A stretch of 64,000 nucleotides of DNA from Oceanispirochaeta sp. (GTDB lineage Bacteria; Spirochaetota; Spirochaetia; DSM-2461), in contig CAXXOA010000002.1 of NCBI GenBank assembly GCA_963666275.2, forward strand, positions 1,408,001 to 1,472,000, in the 5' to 3' direction. Below the pieces are notes generated by a model. That model had not been told where the DNA came from. It did not search any database and was given only the letters and a program-made list of their open reading frames with translations. Position 1 is the stretch's first letter. Every line of letters begins with the position of its first letter. This document shows positions 48,939-60,000 of this stretch, piece after piece. A program made the translations under genes and the position numbers.

Positions 48939-51107
48939 GTGAAGTCCTTTTCCCGACCCGAAAAAACAGTGCTCTTTTTTGTCCTCATTTGTTCTGCCTT
49001 CAGCCTTTCCGGACAGGAACCGGTTACCCGTAATTTCGGTGTAGATTATAACGACAAGTACAGATCTCCCTTTGCGATAGGGGTAGAGTATCAGAGCCTT
49101 AATCCTATCTCCCAGAGCTATTCCGAGGAGTACAGGTATACGGACCTGGCCGTCAGCGGTAAATACTCCTTTGAGAATTATCCCGTCATTCAGCCATTTG
49201 CCAGCATGGGGCTCCAGCTGGTAGCTCCTCTTGTTGCCAGTAATGAGTTAACCGATGCCAAGCGTTTTTCCCATAATCTGTTTTACGGAACCCTGGGAGT
49301 GACCTATGCCACCAAGATGAATAAGCAGCTTGAAGTGGGAGCTGACTACTATCTGGGCCTGGGACAGGCCGTGTATTCGGATATAGATCAGGTGAATAAC
49401 GAAACAAAAGGAACCATGGAGTTCTTAACCGGCCTGGGAGGGCATGCCGCTTTCAATCTCAGTTACAACCTGAGTCTGAGTGTTCATCCTACACTGCGGT
49501 ACCGCCGGTCCTTCTCTCCCCTTGACCGATACAACGGACTCTCTTTCGGACTGGGATTCAGTGCGGCCTACAGGGTGGGGGAAGATCCCGATGCCCCTCA
49601 GGCGGAGCTCCGGAGTATCAAATTCGGTCAGCTGGAGCTGCCTCCTCTATTTGCGTCTATGCAGAGTTTTTATGCCAGGAATCCCATTGCGGAGATTCAG
49701 ATAACCAATATTGAGAAGCATCCCATACAGGATGTGAATATTCAGTTCATGCAGGCCGGTTTTATGGATGCCCCCACAAAAGCCGACAGCATTTCCGAAC
49801 TGGCTCCCGGGGAGTCCGCGTCGATTCCCATCTATGCCGCCTACAATCAGGAGGTTTTCTCCACCGAGGGAATTACTCCTCTTGTGGGAGAAATTCAGGT
49901 GGAGTATCTCTCCAGGGGCAATGTGGGAAATCAGATCATGACGGTTTCCTATGACCTCTACGATAAAGAATCCCTGACCTGGGATGATGACCGAAAGATG
50001 GCCGCCTATATCACTCCTTCCGATTCGGCTCTGCGGAACTATGCCAGCTTTGTCCGTCAGAGTTCCAAGGATGTGGAGAACCCCGGTCTGAACAGCTCCC
50101 TCCAGACGGGCCTGCAGATCTACTACGGCCTGACTGAAATAGGAACTATCTATCAGAAAGACCCCACATCGCCCTTTGATGCGGCCCAGGAAAATCCCCT
50201 GGTGATTGACGCGGTCAGTCTGCCCCGGAGTACCCTGAAGAGGGGAACCGGAGACTGTGATGACCTTACCGCCCTTTACTGCAGCCTTATGGAGTCGGTG
50301 GGAATCAAAACAGCTTTTATTACCACCCCCGGACATATCTATGCTGCCTTCAATACAGGAGAAGAGGCCCGTAACTATCAGCTGATTCATCCCGATAAAA
50401 ATATGACACTGAACATAGAAGGGGAACTCTGGGTTCCCGTGGAAATCACGATGATCGGTTCCGCCGGTTTCGCCGCCGCCTGGAAAGTGGGGGCCGATGA
50501 GTTCAACCGCTATGAGGATTCTCCGGAAAAACGGGGTCTCTTTCTGACAGGGGAAGCTCAGGAGATCTACCGGCCCGTCGGACTGAAAGAGACCGACCTG
50601 GGGCTCCAGTACGGTGAAAAAGCCGTGATAGCCAGAGCTGTTTCTGCTGAGACAAACAGCCTGGTGAACAGTATTGTCGATGCCTACGACCAGGAAGCCC
50701 GGCAGAAGGACAGCAAGAGTGCCTATAATCAGCTGGGAACCATCTGCGCCCAGTTCGGTCTGTACAACCGGGCCGAGCAGGCCTTCAACTATGCCCTGGC
50801 TCTGGACAGGAACTTCCTGCCCTCCAAGATGAATCTGGCCAATGTCTACTTTATGAAAGGTCAGTATCAGAATGCCCTGCGGCTCTATCATAATGTAGAG
50901 CAGGACTATCTGAGCAATAACAGAACAGCCTCTTCAGCCTATGCAAGGGTCATACTCAATCTGGCCCGCAGCTACTATGAGCTGGAGAATTTTGATAAAT
51001 CCTATGAATACGCCCAGATCCTTCGGGAAACCAGTCCCGATCTTCTGAGAAACTACTCCTATCTTGAGGATAACGGCGGGTCCGTGCTGACCGAGGAATC
51101 GCCATGA
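48939..51107 (+). CDS. Exported protein: predicted OM beta-barrel, Ig-like domain, transglutaminase-like domain and TPR
   Basis: Signal peptide; amphipathic strands ending GLSFGLGFSAAYRV; GDCDD, PGHIY and WVPVE triad motifs; TPR AYNQLG...AEQAFNYALALD. Confidence 0.75.
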   Translation: MKSFSRPEKTVLFFVLICSAFSLSGQEPVTRNFGVDYNDKYRSPFAIGVEYQSLNPISQSYSEEYRYTDLAVSGKYSFENYPVIQPFASMGLQLVAPLVASNELTDAKRFSHNLFYGTLGVTYATKMNKQLEVGADYYLGLGQAVYSDIDQVNNETKGTMEFLTGLGGHAAFNLSYNLSLSVHPTLRYRRSFSPLDRYNGLSFGLGFSAAYRVGEDPDAPQAELRSIKFGQLELPPLFASMQSFYARNPIAEIQITNIEKHPIQDVNIQFMQAGFMDAPTKADSISELAPGESASIPIYAAYNQEVFSTEGITPLVGEIQVEYLSRGNVGNQIMTVSYDLYDKESLTWDDDRKMAAYITPSDSALRNYASFVRQSSKDVENPGLNSSLQTGLQIYYGLTEIGTIYQKDPTSPFDAAQENPLVIDAVSLPRSTLKRGTGDCDDLTALYCSLMESVGIKTAFITTPGHIYAAFNTGEEARNYQLIHPDKNMTLNIEGELWVPVEITMIGSAGFAAAWKVGADEFNRYEDSPEKRGLFLTGEAQEIYRPVGLKETDLGLQYGEKAVIARAVSAETNSLVNSIVDAYDQEARQKDSKSAYNQLGTICAQFGLYNRAEQAFNYALALDRNFLPSKMNLANVYFMKGQYQNALRLYHNVEQDYLSNNRTASSAYARVILNLARSYYELENFDKSYEYAQILRETSPDLLRNYSYLEDNGGSVLTEESP

Positions 51108-54100
51108 AAAAAGTATTGAAAAAAGTTTTATTTCCCGCGGCTCTCTTTACGGGAGTCCTGTTTTTCACATCCTGCCCCCAGCCTCTGACAGAGGACGATG
51201 TGGTGGCCGCCCAGGACAAACTGGCTCCCACCATCGAGATCCTTTCGCCCGGTGAAAACGAGGTGTACTACTCGGAGGTGGAGTTTTCCCTGAGAATCCT
51301 GGACGATGCGGAGAAAGAAGAGGACGGCCAGGGAGATCTGGCGTCCATTTCCTTTGAACTGGCGAATGATGACCTGCGGGGCGGACGGGCCGTGATTGAT
51401 GCTGCTGGAAAATTGACCCAGGATTCAAGCTACGGGCCCGATGAAGTCCTTTACGATCCTACTACTGGGCTTGTGAGTTTCTCCTTTTCCACTGTTTCTC
51501 CCAATACGGTCACAGGTATCATTTCCGTTACCGTTTCCGCTGAGGACAGAAACGGGAATCTCACCACAGAGAATATGACTCTGGCGGACAATGAAGGTCC
51601 CTGGGTGGATTTTACCATAGTCGATACTGTCTCCGGCGAGGAGAGGAGCTATACCGAGGATACGACAGTCCGTTTGTCTGGTACCATCGGGAACTCCGCG
51701 GAAGATCAGAACAGTGACAATGAGATCACAAGTATTACCTGGTCTGTTCTGGGAAAGTCCTGGAACGGGCAGCTGGTTCTCGATCCCGATGCCACCTATG
51801 TGGATCCCGATACAGCCAATACTCTCAGTTACTACAACGCTTCCCAGAGCCGGTACGAACGGCTCAACGAAGGCGTGGCCTATCCGGAACTGTTTATGTA
51901 CTATCCCGCGTCAAGGACATTCCGGACCGACCTGGAAATCCCCTTCGGTGCGGGGTCGGTTCTGCCTTTTGAAGTCACTGTGACTGATAAGAATGGTCAT
52001 GAGACAACTATGACTGTGAATGCTTTTTCCGATGAGTCCGGGCCGGAGGTTGTAATTGAATTCCCCAGGGATGAAACAGCCTATTACAGTATGAATACAG
52101 GAGTTTCCCATGATCAGCCGGGATCAGACATCATTCAAGGGTATATTAATGGTGGTATTGGTGATCTTCAAAGTTTTAAAGTAGAACTGAAAGATTCCAC
52201 AGGAGATTTCTCTTCCGGGAAGATCGATCTGTCTCCCGGAATTGGGGTTCCTTATGATGCCTTTGATACAGGATCAACTTATAATGCTTCCAGCAATGAG
52301 TTTTATATAGATATCAGTCAGCATCTTTCTCTTATGGAGAATGAAGCCTCTGTAGCTTATACCGGAGGTACAGATGTGACTGTTATCATATATGCAGTTA
52401 ATGATGACGATTTTGAAACCAGACCTAAAGTCATTATTGATGAAGATGCAGATGGTCCGGCAATTACTGCAGCTGATGTTCATTTTGCAAGTACCGGTTC
52501 GCCTGATTCTGCTTATGCCAATTCAGGTAGTACGCTTGAAATGTCGTTTGCTGTGACAGATGCTTCAACTGATGCAGCAGATCTTACAGTGGTTTCTCAA
52601 ACTCTTGGAGGTGATACATCTGCCCTTGATTCAAAGGGAAACACATATTCCTTCTCTTCAGCAACTGCATGGAAATCAGGTATGACCAGTGATGCAGATT
52701 TAACATATAATATAACTCTGGAGGATAGACTGGGAAATCAGACAGTTCTAACTCAGGGAACCGCAAATGCGCCTCAAATTATGTATTATGATGGGGCTCC
52801 AACATATGGAACACATTTATCTTTTACAGCAGATGGCCCGGATGCACATGAAGGCTTTATTGCCCAGGGTGAACAGCTGGATATCGTTTTAACCTCTACC
52901 AGGGATCTACAGACCCCAGTAGTATCGAATCTCTCTGTAAAAACAGCATCAATGGGCAGCCTGGCTGCTGATTCCATCTCCCCGGATTCCGGAACCCCCA
53001 TGAATGTTTTCACGGCTTCTTATACCCCTGGGGCCAGCTCTGTCGATGAAGAAGAGCTGAGTCTGGTGATGTCCCTGACGGATATGGCCGGGAATCCCAT
53101 GACTGTTCCCGCAGAAGTGCCAACGGCATACTATTATGACAGTGTGGCGCCGAATCCGCCATCTACTCCCAATTTGAATTCTGCCGATGATACTTATCAT
53201 GTCGCCGCAAGTCTGGGGTCGAATAGTGATGGAAAGACAAAAAATACAACTGACTTAACCATAGAAGGAACGGCCGAAGCTGATTCTACAGTTAGCATCT
53301 TTATTAATGGTTTATCCTCTCCGGAGTTCACAGCAACTGCTGATGGATCAGGAAACTGGTCGGATGACATTGTGAGCCCAGTCAACAACGGGATCTATCA
53401 GATTGTCGCCAGAACCGTAGATCAGGCGGGAAATGAATCCTCCAGTTCCGGTGTCTTTAACCTTCAGATTATGACGGCACTTCCTTCTGATCCCACTGGT
53501 ATAGATCTGCGCACTGCCAGTGATTCTTCCAGGCCCGGATACGGAGCAGGTAGTACTGATAATATAACAAACATCGAATCAGTCTATATTGATGGAACAG
53601 CACCAGTTGGCAGTTATATGGTCCTTTCGGTTGATGGAACTGCACAGTCTTATACCACCGCAAATAGTCTGGGAAACTGGTCAAAAAATGTTTTATTAGG
53701 CTCTGGGGATAAAACCTATGCTCTGGAGGTCAAAACTGCCGATGTCGCGGGTAATGAATCCAGTGGTTCTGAAACGCTGGATATTGTTTTGGATAATATT
53801 AACAACACAAGTTCTACAATCACTCTTTCAGCAGATGATGATACAGGCTTTCAGGATAATGACGGATTTACAAAGCTGGCATCGGGTTTGACTTTTACAG
53901 GTGATCTCTCCTATGGTGCCGGAGATGATCAGGAGCTCTACAGCAGTTACGGAGTTTCACTAAGCGGTGTCATTACTCCTGATCTGCTGCCTACCTATAG
54001 CATCTCGAATGTCAGTGCGGGAGTCGCCAGTGATACATGGTCTGCCGATATGGCATTGGATGCCGATGACGGCTCTCCTTCTGCGGGTGAGTACGAAGGG

Positions 54101-57025
54101 GAGTATACAATTTCTGTTGCTACCATAGATGCCGCGGGAAATACCTCGGGATCTGTATCAAATTTTGATCTGGTTTTTGATAAGACTTTACCAACCGGAT
54201 CCTCGGTGAGCGGCCTTGATTTGCTTACCGCTTCTGATTCCGGAATAGACAATTCAGATGATTATACTAACGATGATACTCCAGGTTTTCAGATCGCCAA
54301 TGTGATCAGTGCAGCTGCTGATAAAAATCTTTTTTCCAATTCCGTTTCCGATCTGATTTATCTTGATCTGATGGCAGAGAATGTGGCTTCCAGTGAGACT
54401 GCAACCATAGGAACTACGTCTTTCTCCGGAGACTATAACGGGGCCTCTGCAATCACGGCCGGTACTGTGTCTGATGGTGAATACTATTTAACTGTTGCGA
54501 TCTGTGACCGTGCCGGTAATGTGTCGACTCCTTCCATTGGAAGCGGATCAGATACATTCAATTCCACTGATGATATCCTGACAATTGATACAGCTAATCC
54601 TGTTTCCGCCTTTGTATCTGAACTGTCTTTACGGCAGAATACGATTTATGATACAGGTTATGCCCAGGATGACGGTAAGACAAACAGGATCGGAACACTG
54701 ATTTTTGACTATATATTGTCAAGTTATGATTCAGAAGATTACTATCTGGAACTATCTTCCAGCGAAGAAGGTGCTAAAGGCAGTGCTCTGGTCGCCATAG
54801 ACGGGTCGGGAAACGGTAGTATTACCTCTTCTTCGGGTTTTTCAACTATCGGTACAGGTCATACCGTCTCTGTAAACCTTTACGACAGAGCCGGGAATCT
54901 CAGTGATGCCAATGCCAGTAATGTAACAGATACGATTATTGTAAATACCGATACACCATCTGTAGATCTTACTCTTTCTTTGAGTGATGACAGCGGATTC
55001 TCAAGCAGTGATTATAAAACCAATAATGTATCTCAAACCCTTACTTTCGGTTTCTCTTCGAACCTGACTGAAGACTCCTATGTCCTTTACAACTGGGAAG
55101 GCTCTGATGTGAAGCTTTTGGGAAGTTCCGGGGATGCATCTTTAAGTTTTAATGATACTACCCTCACCACGAATACTCTAACTGCCACCCTTTATGATAT
55201 TTTCGGAAATGCTTCGACCGGAACGGCTGTTAGTGAAAGTATTGTGCTGAATACGGATCAACCCGCCGGAGGATCCATAGATTCCTATTCCATCAGTTCC
55301 GATTCTGGTGTCTCCGGTACTGACCTTTATACCAATGTGGAGGACCAGACGATTACTTTTAATCTGAGCGGGATAAATGAAGATTCCTATATGGAACTGG
55401 ATTTTACACCGGATGGAGGGACTCTCACTACTTTTACTTCAAGTGCCACTTTCAATTTTACCAGTACATCCGGAAGTGGGAATGTGGATAGTAGTCTAAT
55501 AACACTGGTGGAGGGAAATAATAACCAGATCGCCGTCCGATTATACGATATATATGGAAATGCCTATCAGGCAATTACCCTGCCTGATTCAGGAAAAATC
55601 TCCCTGGATACAACCGATCCTGTAACAGATATAAGCAATCTGGCTCTACATGCTGATTCTGATCTGGGAATCCCGTCAGATAATAAAACTTCCGATACCG
55701 GTGTTTTGAAATTCTCTTTTGATCTCTCGACAACCTCCTTTGAAAATCCCACATATATTGAATTGCAATCTGATAAGGAAACACCTCAGACACTTCAGAT
55801 TGGAGAATATAGTGCTGGAGGTTCAGATTTGACTATTCTCTCTTCTTCCGGCATGGCATATGAAGGAAGTCACACTATATCAGCAACCATATATGATAAA
55901 GCCGGAAATGTTAGTTCCGGGACCTCTTCAGATAATTTTACTTTAATAACAGATTATACAGCTCCTGAACTGACTTCCTCTATGATTTCTGTAACAAGTG
56001 AAGGTGGGGATGATACTCTAACTTTTAATCTGGATGAAAATTTAAACACAGAAATCTTATCAGGAACGGGAGTCGTTGGAAGCTTCGAAGATTTTACAGA
56101 TATTACATTTGATACCCATGTCAATTTCACTGATCCGAATCCGGACTTAAGTCTCAAAGGAAAGATCTCTTCAGGTGGACTACTGGAGATAGCAGCTTTT
56201 AGCGGTTCAACTAGAACCAATTTTCCTGATGGTACGGATTATGTTATCAATTTCGGATCCACCTTCACAGACGAAGCAGGGAACAGGGTTCAGAGAGAAG
56301 GAATAAGTAGTGATCTGAACTCAATGCAGTTTGATTATGATTCTTCAGCTTCAGTTACTGTTGATTCACAATCGGGAGTGAGTTCATTTGTTGCATATCA
56401 ACCAAGTATTGAAGCATTTTCAAACACATCTGAGCTTTTATCTTCCGGTTATACTCCGCTTTCACTTCAAGAGGAGAACCGACGGGTACACATGAAAGAT
56501 ACTGTTTCCCGGGATTCGGATTTGGAAAGCGAAAAAAGAATGCTCCAGAGAAGCGCCTCCCTCCAATCTGAAATCATTATACCCGAGCCGGTAACACAAG
56601 CTTCTGTAACTCCTGCATTCGCCCCCGCAGCTCTCCCACCCCAAATCGAATACGAATACAACGTAGACACAGATGCCCTGGCCCATATGGAAGATGTCAA
56701 CAAGAACAGAATCGATCGTAACCAGCTCCTGACGGAACTGAGGGCGGCTGTCCCCCGGGAGAAGCTTCTTGAAATGGAACGCTTCCTGGAACCGGAAATT
56801 CCCGAGCTGGAAGAACTGGTTCTCTACTCAAGCCCTGTTCCCAATGCCTTCGAAACTCCGGTCACCCTGTCGGCGGAAACCACGGTTATCCTGGAGGATG
56901 AAACACCCTCGGGACTGATCCTGCTCACCCAGATCCTGCTGGCCGCAGCCATCGGACTGTTGACAATCGGATTCATCAAACTTCTGGGAAGAAACCAGAG
57001 GAAAGACTATGATCCCCTGGATTAA
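51104..57025 (+). CDS. Large Ig-like (Big) repeat lipoprotein/adhesin with C-terminal TM segment
   Basis: Lipobox FTSC; repeated L..SDSG...D..TN and DxAGNxS motifs; C-term hydrophobic helix followed by GRNQRK; ATGA overlap with the upstream stop. Confidence 0.85.
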   Translation: MKKVLKKVLFPAALFTGVLFFTSCPQPLTEDDVVAAQDKLAPTIEILSPGENEVYYSEVEFSLRILDDAEKEEDGQGDLASISFELANDDLRGGRAVIDAAGKLTQDSSYGPDEVLYDPTTGLVSFSFSTVSPNTVTGIISVTVSAEDRNGNLTTENMTLADNEGPWVDFTIVDTVSGEERSYTEDTTVRLSGTIGNSAEDQNSDNEITSITWSVLGKSWNGQLVLDPDATYVDPDTANTLSYYNASQSRYERLNEGVAYPELFMYYPASRTFRTDLEIPFGAGSVLPFEVTVTDKNGHETTMTVNAFSDESGPEVVIEFPRDETAYYSMNTGVSHDQPGSDIIQGYINGGIGDLQSFKVELKDSTGDFSSGKIDLSPGIGVPYDAFDTGSTYNASSNEFYIDISQHLSLMENEASVAYTGGTDVTVIIYAVNDDDFETRPKVIIDEDADGPAITAADVHFASTGSPDSAYANSGSTLEMSFAVTDASTDAADLTVVSQTLGGDTSALDSKGNTYSFSSATAWKSGMTSDADLTYNITLEDRLGNQTVLTQGTANAPQIMYYDGAPTYGTHLSFTADGPDAHEGFIAQGEQLDIVLTSTRDLQTPVVSNLSVKTASMGSLAADSISPDSGTPMNVFTASYTPGASSVDEEELSLVMSLTDMAGNPMTVPAEVPTAYYYDSVAPNPPSTPNLNSADDTYHVAASLGSNSDGKTKNTTDLTIEGTAEADSTVSIFINGLSSPEFTATADGSGNWSDDIVSPVNNGIYQIVARTVDQAGNESSSSGVFNLQIMTALPSDPTGIDLRTASDSSRPGYGAGSTDNITNIESVYIDGTAPVGSYMVLSVDGTAQSYTTANSLGNWSKNVLLGSGDKTYALEVKTADVAGNESSGSETLDIVLDNINNTSSTITLSADDDTGFQDNDGFTKLASGLTFTGDLSYGAGDDQELYSSYGVSLSGVITPDLLPTYSISNVSAGVASDTWSADMALDADDGSPSAGEYEGEYTISVATIDAAGNTSGSVSNFDLVFDKTLPTGSSVSGLDLLTASDSGIDNSDDYTNDDTPGFQIANVISAAADKNLFSNSVSDLIYLDLMAENVASSETATIGTTSFSGDYNGASAITAGTVSDGEYYLTVAICDRAGNVSTPSIGSGSDTFNSTDDILTIDTANPVSAFVSELSLRQNTIYDTGYAQDDGKTNRIGTLIFDYILSSYDSEDYYLELSSSEEGAKGSALVAIDGSGNGSITSSSGFSTIGTGHTVSVNLYDRAGNLSDANASNVTDTIIVNTDTPSVDLTLSLSDDSGFSSSDYKTNNVSQTLTFGFSSNLTEDSYVLYNWEGSDVKLLGSSGDASLSFNDTTLTTNTLTATLYDIFGNASTGTAVSESIVLNTDQPAGGSIDSYSISSDSGVSGTDLYTNVEDQTITFNLSGINEDSYMELDFTPDGGTLTTFTSSATFNFTSTSGSGNVDSSLITLVEGNNNQIAVRLYDIYGNAYQAITLPDSGKISLDTTDPVTDISNLALHADSDLGIPSDNKTSDTGVLKFSFDLSTTSFENPTYIELQSDKETPQTLQIGEYSAGGSDLTILSSSGMAYEGSHTISATIYDKAGNVSSGTSSDNFTLITDYTAPELTSSMISVTSEGGDDTLTFNLDENLNTEILSGTGVVGSFEDFTDITFDTHVNFTDPNPDLSLKGKISSGGLLEIAAFSGSTRTNFPDGTDYVINFGSTFTDEAGNRVQREGISSDLNSMQFDYDSSASVTVDSQSGVSSFVAYQPSIEAFSNTSELLSSGYTPLSLQEENRRVHMKDTVSRDSDLESEKRMLQRSASLQSEIIIPEPVTQASVTPAFAPAALPPQIEYEYNVDTDALAHMEDVNKNRIDRNQLLTELRAAVPREKLLEMERFLEPEIPELEELVLYSSPVPNAFETPVTLSAETTVILEDETPSGLILLTQILLAAAIGLLTIGFIKLLGRNQRKDYDPLD

Positions 57026-60000
57026 AAAAGCCTTCCTCGCCGGAGCTGGCCTCCTCCTTCTGGCTTCCTGCCAGAAGGAAAAGGAAGCCTCCCCTCAGGA
57101 GAATGAGCCCCCCGTACAGACGCGATTTATCGTGTCTCCCGAATCAGAAAATTCTCCCGAATCAGAAAATTCTCCCGAATCAGAAAATTCTCCCGAATCA
57201 GAAAAATCTCCCGAATCAGAGATTTCCCCTGAATCGGAAGATAACAAATCCTCTGAAGCGGAAGATCTCGCATTATCAGATAAAGCCCCCCCCGTACAGA
57301 CGCGATTCATCCCGTCTGTTCAGCCGGAAGAGGATGCCAATAAAGCTGAGATGCCTCTAAAGGAGGATTCTCAGAAAAAAGAGGAGCCCGCACCCACAGA
57401 GCTCTCCTTCCTGATCCCCTACCATCGCCCGGCCTTTCATGCGGTTCCCCATGAGAACCAGGCCGCCGCGGAGAGGCTGGCTGCTGCGGGACAGCCTGCG
57501 CCTTTCAGCCCGCTCTCCTATCCTATTGGAGGAGATAAAGAGGAGCCTGTTCCACAGATCAGCGCCGAACTGGCGATTCTTCCTGAGAAAAAAGAGGAGA
57601 TACTGAAAGTTCCTGAGGAAAAAACCGATCCGCCCGAACCGGAGATAGTCCCGGAGGTCGTTATTGTTCCTGAACCCGAGGTCGAACCTGAACCGGCTCC
57701 GGAGGTTGTGATTATTCCCGAACCTGCTCCTGAGATTGTGATTGTCCCGGAGCCCAAGGTCGAGCCCGAGCCGGCTCCTGAGGTTGTCATTGTTCCTGAA
57801 CCCGAACCTGAGTCTGAAGTTCTGCCAGAACCTGTTCCTGAGGTTACCATAGCTCCTGAGCCGGAGGTAAAGCCCGAAGTCCTGCCCGAACTGGCTCCCG
57901 AGGTTGTGATTGCCCCTGAGCCTGAAGGTATGACAGAAACAGCTTCTGAGCTGCCTGAAGAGCCCGAAACGGATCCGGACCTCCTTCTTCCGGGCCCCAC
58001 TGTTGTCCTGGAATCCCCTCTGGATGACTCCTATTATCAGTCCGCTATCCTGCTCAAAGGTATGGTCTCTCCCTCTCCCGAAGCCCCCGGGGAAACCTCA
58101 GGTGTGAAGAGCCTGACCTGGCGGATCCAGGGGATGGGAGAGTATGACAATACAGTCTTTCTGGAAGAGGACGGTTCTTTTGTTCTGGATATTTTTACTA
58201 CAGGCCTGGAGGGAGTTCAGACTCTGATCCTGAAATCAGAAGATTTCGGCGGACGGGTTTCTGTTCGTGAGATCCCCTTGAAAGACGGGAATCAGCCTCC
58301 CGGACTGGCCCTTGAGTATCCACCGCCCCGGGGACAGTACGGCAGTATGCTCTCTGTCAAAGGACGTCTTCGGGATCTTTACGAAGGAATCCCCGAGCTG
58401 GAGGGAATCTCCCGTTTGAGCTACTCTCTGGTTCCCAAGAACAGATCCACCGGCCAGACCGTTCAAACCGGAGAGGTTGAGCTTGAGAATAATGCTTTCT
58501 TCTTTGCCATAGACATGGCTGAAAGGGCGGGGGAGCAGACTCTCCGCCTGGAAGCGGTCGGGGCAAACGGCGCTGTATCCACCATGGATGTGACTCTTTT
58601 CAGGGGAGGCAGTGATATTCCCTCGTTTACCATACTTCCCCAGGATGAGAGACTGGTTTTTACCTGGGATGCCATTTCGGGAGCAGAGGATCAGACCCTC
58701 TATCTGACAGATGACGGATCCACCCCTTCGGAGGAGTCCGGTGGAAGCCGTTTCGGTTCCGTCCTTTCGCCTCTGACTCTGGGGAGTGTCCGTAACGGAA
58801 TCCGCTATAAGGCAAGACTGAAAGCCCGGGTGGGGGACCAGATCCTCTGGTCGGATGTGATGGAAGCGGTGCCTCTGTCTCCGGGATCACTGGAACTGAC
58901 CGCAGAAGGCCGGTTTGAACAGATCCGTCTCAGCTGGAAGGATATTCCAGGCGCGTCCCTTTACAGGATTCTCCGGAGAGAAGAAAATCAGCAGGATTTT
59001 ACCCCTCTGGATGAGGATATCTCCGGTACCGAGTATGTGGATGCTACGGTTCAGTTCGGCCGTAACTACTACTACAGAATAGAGCCCTCCGATGTAAAAG
59101 GGCCACTCAGCTATGATGTCCCCGCTTCTTCTCTGGAAGCTCCTTCAGAAAAAATCACCATGTCATCCCACTACAGGGACATGACACCCCTTCGGGTCAC
59201 TGTCTCCGGTGAGTACGCATTTGTGGCCGCAGGAGACACAGGATTCTATATCATGGATGTTTCCACGCCCCAGAAGCCTCTGGAGATCGGTCATCTGGAT
59301 CTGGGGGATGTAAAGGATATCTACATCAGCGGCGAGTATGCCTATGTGGCCTCCGGATCAAACGGATTCTCCCTGGTCAATATTTCCGAGCCCACAAAGC
59401 CCTTCATTGTCCTTTCCCGTGTCACAGAAGACGCATCCGGGATAGCCGGAGAGGATAACACTGTCTATCTGGCAGACGGAGACAGAGGAGTACAGATCTT
59501 TGACATTTCCAGCCGGCAGGATCCCCGCCGATTGAGTTCTCTCCATGATTTTCCCGCCTATCAGCTTGTACTGGAGGATAATCTCCTCTATGTTGCCGCC
59601 GGAACGGAAGGGATGAAGGTCCTGGATATCACCAATCCTGCCTCTCCCCGTCTGAAGGGCAGCTACTCCCTTGCTCCTGTGTATGATCTTTATCTGGATA
59701 ATGAGAGCCTCTATCTGGCCTGCGGAGAGGAGGGGATGATTATTCTGGAAAGCAATGAGGGAGAGTTCAGTGAAGTCAGCCGTTTCAGGAGCAGCAATGC
59801 CCGGGCTGTCCGGATCTGGGAGGATTACGCCATGATCGCAGACGGGTCGGGCGGAATGAAAGCGGTGGATATTTCCATTCCCCGGGATCCCCATCTTTTC
59901 GGCAGTTTCGACGGACAGGATACAAGCTCTATCGCCATGGCAGACGATTACGCCCTGATTGCGGATGTCTCGGGGCTGAAGGTTGTCAGGACCTATCTCT

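Noticed and set aside
49647..50891. Long antisense ORFs (414 aa here; also 9859-10875, 10936-11835, 21826-22671, 61637-63787)
   Set aside because: These are shadow frames opposite well-supported genes, with no motifs of their own.
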